NCBI RefSeq assembly: GCF_001548275.1
Contig: NZ_AP014945.1
Coordinates: 810,001-842,000, forward strand
Length of the DNA stretch: 32,000 bases
Source: Caldimicrobium thiodismutans
GTDB taxonomy: Bacteria; Desulfobacterota; Thermodesulfobacteria; Thermodesulfobacteriales; Thermodesulfobacteriaceae
Direction: 5' to 3'
In this document: positions 25,847-32,000 of the stretch, in pieces
Numbering within the stretch: position 1 is the first letter of the stretch
Layout of the letters: every line of letters begins with the position of its first letter
The notes under the pieces: generated by a model
What the model was told of the DNA's origin: nothing
Databases searched by the model: none
What the model saw: only the letters and a program-made list of their open reading frames with translations
Translations under genes and position numbers: made by a program

Positions 25847-27184
25847 TTATTTAGCAATCATAGCTCGCATAAGATCAGCTGAATTTTCCGCATGGTGAGA
25901 AATATCACAGATTAAATCTATGAGCTTAAGGGTATAGAAAAGCTGGAGGGGATCTTGAATTATCTCAAAGGCCAATTTTTTCACCTGATTTCCCATCTCC
26001 TCAGTTAAAAATTCTTGATACCGGATCTGGCGGATTAACTCCTTGGCCCTTGTTCTTGAATTTTCGTCCCAGTTGACTAAAAAATCCTGGGCATAGCGGA
26101 TCATCTCCTCTAAAAAAGTAAGAGGTTCTAAACTCTGATTCAGGAGGGCTTCAATCTTTTCAGAGACCATCGGGGGAAAAGTAATGTCCTTAAAGGAAAG
26201 CCAGGTAAGGATACCCTCTGCAGAATCTGCAATGGCATCTTGTTCTTTCAGATAAAGAAAAAGTTCAAATTTTTCAACGGGAAGGATTAACCCCTTTGGA
26301 AGGTGCCCTCTGATATTGGTTTTAATTTTATCAGCTTCTTTTTCAATATCCGTTATGTGTTTTACAATCTCTTCAAGCCTTGGTTTATCCTTTTTTAGAT
26401 AGGCCTCAAGGGCTAAGGGGAGCCTTTCCATACACTCAAGCACAAGTCTTGCATGCTTAAGGAGATAATCAAAAACAGGCAGTTCCCTTGAGAGAAGCTC
26501 TCTTACAGGAGGAAACTTTTCTTTTTCCATCTTGGGCATTTTGCCTTCAGATGTGAAAATAACTGCTTCAGCAATATTACAGGCAAGATCTGCAACCCTT
26601 TCCAGATTTTCCACTACAACAATATATTCAATACCAGCATCAGTAAGAATAGGATCACTTTTCATGCATTCCTTTATCTGAGATATGTAATCTTTTTTGA
26701 ATTGATCCACAATATCATCATGGGCAATCACTTTTTTGGCTTTTGAGGTATCCTCAGAAAGAAAGGCATTGATGGCAGATTCAAGCATAAAAAGGGCCTC
26801 TTTAGCCATATTCATAATGTTAATTTTGCACCTGATTAAAAGGTGGTCTTTATACTGAATTAGATTGGGAATTCTTTCCGCAATATTGACTGCTTGATCC
26901 CCGAGGCGTTCAAGGTTTCTGGCTATATCTATGGAACTAACGATAAATCTCAAATCCTTAGCAACAGGTTGTTGAAGAGCAATTATCTCAAGGGCTGTAA
27001 GAGTTACCATGTGCTCATAGTAATCTATTTGATCATCATATTTGATGACCCGTTCAGCTGAGTCCATTTCAAGTTTTTCAAAAGAAAGCATAGCCCCACT
27101 AATCATCTCATTTACAGCCTTGGCCATGTCAAGTAAAAGATTTTTTAAAATTTGAAGATCTCTTTCTAAGGCAATTCTAACCAT
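25847..27184 (-). CDS. PhoU (two PhoU repeats) fused to a DUF47/PhoU_div domain
   Basis: 445 aa. Residues 1-~215 have both PhoU repeats (DDQIDYYE...ARNLERLGDQAVNIAE; DDIVDQFK...VENLERVADLACNIAEA). Residues ~225-445 resemble DUF47 (IEKEADKIKTNIRGHL..G.ILPVEKFELFLYLKEQDAIADSAE). SD is AAGGAGAGG. Confidence 0.7.
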   Translation of the reverse strand: MVRIALERDLQILKNLLLDMAKAVNEMISGAMLSFEKLEMDSAERVIKYDDQIDYYEHMVTLTALEIIALQQPVAKDLRFIVSSIDIARNLERLGDQAVNIAERIPNLIQYKDHLLIRCKINIMNMAKEALFMLESAINAFLSEDTSKAKKVIAHDDIVDQFKKDYISQIKECMKSDPILTDAGIEYIVVVENLERVADLACNIAEAVIFTSEGKMPKMEKEKFPPVRELLSRELPVFDYLLKHARLVLECMERLPLALEAYLKKDKPRLEEIVKHITDIEKEADKIKTNIRGHLPKGLILPVEKFELFLYLKEQDAIADSAEGILTWLSFKDITFPPMVSEKIEALLNQSLEPLTFLEEMIRYAQDFLVNWDENSRTRAKELIRQIRYQEFLTEEMGNQVKKLAFEIIQDPLQLFYTLKLIDLICDISHHAENSADLMRAMIAK

Positions 27185-27238
27185 AAGCCTCTCCTTTTAA
27201 TAATTTATAAATACTGCAAATAGAAGATTCTTTTTATT

Positions 27239-28552
27239 TTATCCATTTTCTGGCACCTGGTCAATTCCCAAAATTTGTTCTGGCTCCTTAAGATTGTAAG
27301 CCCGGAAGTTCATTTTTCTGAGCTTAAGGGTAAAAAGATAACTTAGCCTTCCAGAATAACAGAAGAAAAGAAGATTTTTTTCTCTAAAGGGGCGAAAGGT
27401 TTTAAAAAGGTCTTTTTCATTTTCCAGAAGAGAAGGCGATATCCATTTTGCAGAGGGCAAAGTGCCTTTAAGGTAATCCTCCTTTTCCCGAACATCAAAG
27501 ACCATCCATTTTTGTCTTTCGGAAGACTCTTCAATTTTTTGCCACTTAGCAAGGGATAACTCAAGAGTTTTATCTTCAATTCTTGAGAGAAGATTTACCC
27601 TCCGACAAAAGCCACAGATTCCATGGACAGAAGCTGTAGGTTCTCCGCAAACCTTACAGGGAACTAAGGTGCTCTCTTCAAAGTTTTCTCTTAAAAGGGG
27701 AATAAATCCCTTTAAAAAGACTGAAAGGAGTTGGTATTTAAAGGTGCGATTTTCTTTTTCTAACTCTTCCAGAATTCCCTTTATTTTTTTTGAAGGGGTA
27801 ATTTCACCATGGGGGCAGGCACATCCTTCAAGAGGAAGCTCATTTAATACCGCATAAAAAAATATCTCCCTTTCTGGAATTTGATAAAGGGGTTTAATTT
27901 TTTTAGCTTGGCCCTCAAAGAGGGGGAGATTAACTGGAACAAGTCTTTTGATGGAGATAAAATCTCCATTAAAAAAGAGGGTAAGATAGGTAGAAAGGAG
28001 ATCGTCTAAATGATGCCCTGTAGCAATTACGGTTAAACCAAGTTCTCTGGCAACCTTGGAAAAAAGATATCTCTTGATTGTGCCACAAACTGAACAGATT
28101 TTATCTTTAAAGGAGGTAAAGACAAAATCATCTATGGAAAAGCCTTTTTCCGCCTTAAGGTCATAGACAAATAGAGGGATAGATAGGCTTTCACAGAGTT
28201 CTTCAACGGCTTTTTGAGCAAAGTCAGAATAATATCTTATACCAAGATTGAGATAAAGGCCTTGAAAAGAAATTTCTGGAAAGGTTTTTTTAAGTAGATG
28301 AGCCAAGGTTGCACTATCCTTTCCCCCTGAAAGGAGAATCCCTACCCTATCCTCAGGCCCAAACATCCTGTATTTTTTAACAGCCTCGCTGAGTCTTCTT
28401 TGCTGAATTTTACTGAAGCAGTTTTTGCAAAGTTTAAGATTCTGAGTAGTGAGGGTAACTACAGGCACCTCAGACTTACATAATTTGCAGAGCTTACCAA
28501 GAGGTTTTATTTCAAATTCAAATTTTTCTGCACCACACTTGAGATACTGCAT
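27239..28552 (-). CDS. TtuA/NcsA-like tRNA 2-thiolation PP-loop ATPase fused to a C-terminal rhodanese domain
   Basis: 437 aa. N-terminal zinc finger CKLC...CKNC, PP-loop LLSGGKDS, Fe-S Cys candidates CSVCG and GCACPHG, ATGHHLDD, C-terminal zinc finger CKVCG...CGFC. Residues ~340-430 are rhodanese-like with active-site loop FFCYSGRLS. Confidence 0.75.
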   Translation of the reverse strand: MQYLKCGAEKFEFEIKPLGKLCKLCKSEVPVVTLTTQNLKLCKNCFSKIQQRRLSEAVKKYRMFGPEDRVGILLSGGKDSATLAHLLKKTFPEISFQGLYLNLGIRYYSDFAQKAVEELCESLSIPLFVYDLKAEKGFSIDDFVFTSFKDKICSVCGTIKRYLFSKVARELGLTVIATGHHLDDLLSTYLTLFFNGDFISIKRLVPVNLPLFEGQAKKIKPLYQIPEREIFFYAVLNELPLEGCACPHGEITPSKKIKGILEELEKENRTFKYQLLSVFLKGFIPLLRENFEESTLVPCKVCGEPTASVHGICGFCRRVNLLSRIEDKTLELSLAKWQKIEESSERQKWMVFDVREKEDYLKGTLPSAKWISPSLLENEKDLFKTFRPFREKNLLFFCYSGRLSYLFTLKLRKMNFRAYNLKEPEQILGIDQVPENG

Positions 28553-28558
28553 AATACA

Positions 28559-28587
28559 AACTTAATCAGCATAACTTTTAAAGTCAA
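28559..28587 (-). promoter_or_regulatory. Sigma-70-type promoter of the TtuA-like gene, leaderless layout
   Basis: Minus strand: TTGACT (28587-28582), 17-nt spacer, TAAGTT (28564-28559), 6 nt, ATG at 28552. No SD is present. Confidence 0.5.
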
Positions 28588-28685
28588 TAGATTTTGAAGA
28601 AAACTTCCATCCTGCATAAGTTCACATTCTTTTTATCTGCAAAATAGGCAGATTTAAGTCTAAAAATATGGAGGCATACACTCTA

Positions 28686-28713
28686 TTGAAATCCCTCTAA
28701 ATTCTGGCAAAAT
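28686..28713 (+). promoter_or_regulatory. Sigma-70-type promoter of the intact Rpn gene, leaderless layout
   Basis: TTGAAA (28686-28691), 16-nt spacer, CAAAAT (28708-28713), 6 nt, ATG at 28720. No SD. The upstream box lies at 28659-28673. Confidence 0.45.
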
Positions 28714-28719
28714 ACCTCT

Positions 28720-29754
28720 ATGTCAAAGAAGAAACCTCCTGTTCCCTATGACCTTTTTGCCAAGGCCTTCCTCAAAGACCCTGAAAACTTAAAAGCCTTC
28801 CTCTCAACCTTCCTCCCTGAGCACATTAAAACTCATCTTGACCTTGACTCCCTTAAAATCATCCCTGAAGAACAGGTTTCCCTTTCAAGAAAAAAGCGAG
28901 AAATCCCAGATCTTGTTGCAGAGGTTAATCTCCTTAGTGAAGGTAAACCTTCAACCAAAGCCCATCTCTACATCCTTATTGAGCACAAAAGTGCACCTGA
29001 TAAAAGAATTTACCTTCAGATTTTAAATTACATAACCGCTTTAAATGAGAGGTCTTTCAAGGAGGGGAAGGGGTATGTGCCTGTTTTACCTCTTGTGTTT
29101 TATGAAGGGGATAAGCCCTGGGGCTATCCTGAAAGGATAGAGGAGATATTTTCAGTGCCAGAGGGGTTAAAGGGAGAACTTTTTAAGGTTCATGTGGTAG
29201 ATTTAAAGAGGGTAGAGGATGAGAAGATATTGAGGGTATTTGATATTTTAGCAGGGCTTGGGTGTTATCTTTATTTAATGAAGGCGGAATCACTGGATTT
29301 TGAAGAGATAATTGAAGTTATTACAAGGGCGACAGAGAGATTAGTAGCAATAGGGGAGAAAGGAAGATGGGAGATGGGATTTTTGATTAGGATATCTGAA
29401 ATAAAGTTCAGGGTTGACGGGGAGGTAATCTGGTTTAATATATTAGATAGTTGTGAAGAAGAGGGGGTAAAGATGGAGTTAAAGAGCTTTTGGGATAAAG
29501 TGGGAGAGAAGTTTTATAAGCAGGGAATTGAGCAGGGAATTAAGCAAGGGATTGAGCAGGGGAAATATCAGGGGTTAATTGAGGATGCAAGGGAGCTTGT
29601 GCTTGAGGCGATAGAGGTGAAGCTTGGGTATGTGCCGGAGGAAGTAAGGGAGAGGGTGGTAAGAGAAGAGGATAGAGGAGTTCTCAAGGAGTGGCTGAGG
29701 AAAATAATTCTTGCCAAAGGTTCTGAAGATATCTTTAAACTCTTTGAAAATTGA
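28720..29754 (+). CDS. Rpn/YhgA-like recombination-promoting nuclease (PD-(D/E)XK; Transposase_31 family, often annotated as a putative transposase)
   Basis: 344 aa. YDLFAKAFLKDPENLKAFL, PDLVAEV...LYILIEHKSAPDKRIYLQILNY and LPLVFYEGDKPWGYP parallel E. coli YhgA/RpnA (VLIEHQS.PDKHMAFRL..Y; PVLFYHG). C-terminal GIEQGIKQGIEQG repeats are typical of the family. Confidence 0.85.
   Translation: MSKKKPPVPYDLFAKAFLKDPENLKAFLSTFLPEHIKTHLDLDSLKIIPEEQVSLSRKKREIPDLVAEVNLLSEGKPSTKAHLYILIEHKSAPDKRIYLQILNYITALNERSFKEGKGYVPVLPLVFYEGDKPWGYPERIEEIFSVPEGLKGELFKVHVVDLKRVEDEKILRVFDILAGLGCYLYLMKAESLDFEEIIEVITRATERLVAIGEKGRWEMGFLIRISEIKFRVDGEVIWFNILDSCEEEGVKMELKSFWDKVGEKFYKQGIEQGIKQGIEQGKYQGLIEDARELVLEAIEVKLGYVPEEVRERVVREEDRGVLKEWLRKIILAKGSEDIFKLFEN
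29473..29754 (+). CDS. Candidate internal in-frame product of the Rpn gene (93 aa, RpnS-like)
   Basis: In-frame ATG (Met252) preceded by GAGGGGG (29461-29467) at 5-nt spacing. The same 93-codon ORF survives intact in the decayed copy at 8060-8341. Confidence 0.4.
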   Translation: MELKSFWDKVGEKFYKQGIEQGIKQGIEQGKYQGLIEDARELVLEAIEVKLGYVPEEVRERVVREEDRGVLKEWLRKIILAKGSEDIFKLFEN

Positions 29755-29860
29755 TAATTTGTAAGCTTTCTTGTATTCTTTTCTGCTATAAGCATAGTCA
29801 AAAATTCCTTTTAAAAAAAATCCTCTTTAAGTTGTAAAAAATATGGATGCATGCATGCCC

Positions 29861-29889
29861 TTGACTTTGAGATAAAGGATGTTAATTAT
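29861..29889 (+). promoter_or_regulatory. Sigma-70-type promoter of the TPR gene
   Basis: TTGACT (29861-29866), 17-nt spacer, AATTAT (29884-29889), then a ~26-nt leader with SD AGGAG. The upstream box AAAAAATATGGA lies at 29836-29847. Confidence 0.5.
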
Positions 29890-29915
29890 AAATAAAAATT
29901 GCAGGAGCTATCTTT

Positions 29916-30371
29916 ATGCCTGAAGTTGATCTTGAGGAGCTTTTTTTAGAAGCAGCCAAAAAGCTTGCCCAGAAAGATTTTGAAAGGGCCCTTGAGCTTT
30001 TTAATAAACTTTTAAATTATGATCCAGGGCATGTTAAGGCCTTAGAAGCAAGAGCCGCTATTTATCTTCAGAAAGATGAGCTTGACTCCGCAGAAAAGGA
30101 CCTAAGAGAAGCAATGGAGAGGGAACCTGAAAATTATAGAATTTACTTTCGTTTAGGTCAGGTCTATTATAAAAAGAAAGATTTGGACTCTGCCCTTGAG
30201 CTCTTTACTCGGGCTATTGATCTTAATCCCATGTATCCAGCGGCTTATTTAGCAAGAAGTCAGATTTTAAGAGAAAAGGGGCTTGAAGAGGCAGCTGACC
30301 TTGAACTTGATAAGGCAGTTGCTGCTCATAGGGAGCTTGCTAAGGCCCAAAAGATTATAGATTTTGCTTAA
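29916..30371 (+). CDS. Tetratricopeptide (TPR) repeat protein
   Basis: 151 aa with three to four 34-residue A/L/Y-patterned repeats (ALELFNKLLNYDPGHVKALEARAAIY; IYFRLGQVYYKKKDLDSALELFTRAIDLNPMYPAAY). Confidence 0.8.
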   Translation: MPEVDLEELFLEAAKKLAQKDFERALELFNKLLNYDPGHVKALEARAAIYLQKDELDSAEKDLREAMEREPENYRIYFRLGQVYYKKKDLDSALELFTRAIDLNPMYPAAYLARSQILREKGLEEAADLELDKAVAAHRELAKAQKIIDFA

Positions 30372-31465
30372 AGGCTCTCCTCAAGGATAAGGGTCCACTT
30401 AAAAGGGTCTTCAATCTCCCCATACTGGAGACCTGTTAGATAATCAAAAAGCCTTTTGGCAATCTCTCCTGTTTGCCCTTGATTTATTAAATATTCCCTT
30501 TCCCGATAAAAAATCTTACCCACTGGGGAAATCACAGCTGCTGTGCCTGTGCCAAAGCACTCTTTTAGTTTTCCCTTTTCAATTCCCTCAATAACCTCAT
30601 CAATGGAGATTCTTCTTTCCTCAGCTTTTAGTCCAAGTATACTTGCGAGTTTTAAAACGGAATCTCTGGTTATACCGGGAAGAATTGAACCAGTGAGGGC
30701 AGGAGTAATCAGTTCATCCTCAAAAACAAAGAAGATATTCATGGTTCCAACTTCTTCTACATATTTTCTTTCAAGGCCATCAAGCCATAGAATCTGGGTA
30801 TAGCCTGCCTTTTTGGCTTCTTCTTGAGCCTTAAGACTTGCAGCATAATTACCCCCCGCCTTAACATCCCCTGTGCCTCCTGGAAAGGCCCTGACATATC
30901 TTTCCGTTACATAAATCTTAATGGGATTGAAGCCTTCTTCGTAATAAGCTGAAACCGGGCATAAAATTATTATAAATAAATATTCATGGCTTGGCTTAAC
31001 CCCAAGACTTCCCTCAGTACCAAAGACAAAGGGTCTAATATAAAGTGCTGAGCCCTTTTGCTTGGGGATCCAGTCTTTATCCAGCCAGACTAAGGTCTTT
31101 ATAGCCTTAAGCACAAATTCTGAATTAAGTGTAGGAATACAGAGCCTTTCAGCAGATCTATTTAAGCGGGCCACATTTTCCCAGGGACGAAAGAGTCTAA
31201 TTTTCCCATCCACACCATAATATGCCTTAAGGCCCTCAAAAATGGTCTGGGCATAGTGAAGGACAATAGCTGCTGGATGAATCTCAATGTTTGAAAAGGG
31301 AACTATGCGAGGGGAATGCCAGCCCTGATCACAGTTATACTCCATAATAAACATGTGAGGAGTAAAGACCCGACCAAAAAGCAATTTTTCAAAATTCGGG
31401 GCCATCCTCTTTTCCTCGGGTGCCAGTCTAATCTCAATCTCCATAACTAAAATTGTGCCTCCCAC
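30368..31465 (-). CDS. ilvE: Branched-chain amino acid aminotransferase
   Basis: 365 aa, class IV aminotransferase. YAQTIFEGLKAY, YIRP, GGTGDVKAGGNYAASL, TPALTGSILPGITR, ECFGTGTAAVISPV. Start is either GTG 31465 or ATG 31444 (MEIEIRL). Confidence 0.9.
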   Translation of the reverse strand: MGGTILVMEIEIRLAPEEKRMAPNFEKLLFGRVFTPHMFIMEYNCDQGWHSPRIVPFSNIEIHPAAIVLHYAQTIFEGLKAYYGVDGKIRLFRPWENVARLNRSAERLCIPTLNSEFVLKAIKTLVWLDKDWIPKQKGSALYIRPFVFGTEGSLGVKPSHEYLFIIILCPVSAYYEEGFNPIKIYVTERYVRAFPGGTGDVKAGGNYAASLKAQEEAKKAGYTQILWLDGLERKYVEEVGTMNIFFVFEDELITPALTGSILPGITRDSVLKLASILGLKAEERRISIDEVIEGIEKGKLKECFGTGTAAVISPVGKIFYREREYLINQGQTGEIAKRLFDYLTGLQYGEIEDPFKWTLILEESL

Positions 31466-31503
31466 TCTATTTAAATTTTCATAAATTAAACCCTTTTACC
31501 ATT

Positions 31504-31532
31504 TTGACAAGCACCTAAGGATGTGTTAATTT
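31504..31532 (+). promoter_or_regulatory. Sigma-70-type promoter of the RecB-like gene, leaderless layout
   Basis: TTGACA (31504-31509), 17-nt spacer, TAATTT (31527-31532), 7 nt, ATG at 31540. No SD is present. Confidence 0.45.
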
Positions 31533-31539
31533 ATAAAAA

Positions 31540-32000
31540 ATGGCCTTGCGTTTATATCAATCCCCCATCTCACTAAAACTTTTACAGGAAAAAAGTTACT
31601 TCCAAAGACTTGGTGAAATTTTACACTTTTCTATAGAGGCCCTCCTTTTAAAAGAAGATATTTTCACAATTAATGAGGAGACACTAGCAAAGCTTGTGGC
31701 AAAGGCCCTTTTTCTCTATCCAGAGCCTTTACTTGAAAGGGAAAGGTTAAAAGAAGAGGCCTTAAAAATCCTTAAATCTGCCATACAAAGCGAAGATTGG
31801 AGGGCTTTGCAAAATATTTTTAAGGATGCTGAAGCATTTTATCAGGAAATTGAGGGCTACTTTGCAGAGGAAAACAAAATTTTGAGACCAGATTTCTTGA
31901 TTTTTAAGAAAGATATCCTTTATCTCCTTGAGTTTAAACTTCGTAAAGAGGATTTTCAAAAGGAGCAAGTTAGACTTTATCAGAAGTTTTTGAACTCTCT
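31540..32000 (+). CDS. Hypothetical protein with a RecB/Cas4-like PD-(D/E)XK nuclease motif (3' end lies outside the window)
   Basis: Open from ATG 31540 to the window edge (>=153 codons), and absent from the ORF track because no stop lies in the window. MALRLYQSPISLKLL...RPDFLIFKKDILYLLEFKLRKEDFQKEQVRLYQKFL shows the D...ExK...QxxxY arrangement of RecB-family nucleases. Confidence 0.5.
   Translation, partial: MALRLYQSPISLKLLQEKSYFQRLGEILHFSIEALLLKEDIFTINEETLAKLVAKALFLYPEPLLERERLKEEALKILKSAIQSEDWRALQNIFKDAEAFYQEIEGYFAEENKILRPDFLIFKKDILYLLEFKLRKEDFQKEQVRLYQKFLNS

Noticed and set aside
1-32000. Searched by eye for CRISPR arrays, rRNA, tmRNA/SRP/6S RNA, IS elements with terminal inverted repeats, integrases and prophage or defence-island gene clusters.
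   Set aside because: None was recognised. The only mobile-element-like sequences are the two Rpn copies, which have no flanking inverted repeats or target duplications that I could see, and the non-coding dispersed repeat pair.

Overview
This 32-kb window is a compact, AT-leaning bacterial chromosome segment. Proteins are Glu/Lys/Leu/Ile-rich and tRNA stems are very GC-rich, so the organism is probably a thermophile; the lineage cannot be fixed by eye. Content is overwhelmingly core housekeeping. Genes in order: rlmN (3' end), an AmmeMemoRadiSam-type radical-SAM enzyme, recN, a PP-loop ATPase plus SAM hydroxide adenosyltransferase pair, rpsP-KH-rimM-trmD, and a tightly packed minus-strand operon secG-dxr-rseP-tsaB-two ABC permeases. 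Then come FmdB/DUF1844-ispE-prs-rplY-pth-PsiE-like-guaA, an ABC-2 exporter pair, lepA-lepB, a PhoU-DUF47 fusion, a TtuA-like PP-loop/rhodanese fusion, a TPR protein, ilvE, and the 5' part of a RecB-like nuclease gene. There are four tRNAs: Leu-GAG, Leu-TAG, Lys-TTT, Glu-TTC. I saw no rRNA, CRISPR array, prophage or intact IS element, and no convincing multi-gene novel system. The best leads follow. (1) There are two direct copies of an Rpn/YhgA-like PD-(D/E)XK nuclease gene. The intact copy has a Shine-Dalgarno-preceded in-frame internal start. The decayed copy has lost its nuclease core but keeps the 93-codon C-terminal ORF intact, which resembles the intragenic toxin/antitoxin layout reported for E. 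coli Rpn proteins. (2) A conserved box (TCTCAAAAGATATGGAC-like) sits about 13 nt upstream of the -35 hexamer of at least six promoters. (3) Five to six genes share a leaderless layout, with the ATG 6-7 nt after the -10 box and no SD. (4) An inverted pair of ~150-bp dispersed repeats with a variable heptamer tract brackets a 9-kb segment. (5) There are three unusual domain fusions: TrmD plus a second SPOUT domain, TtuA-like plus rhodanese, and PhoU plus DUF47. All family assignments come from motif recognition by eye and need HMM or BLAST confirmation.
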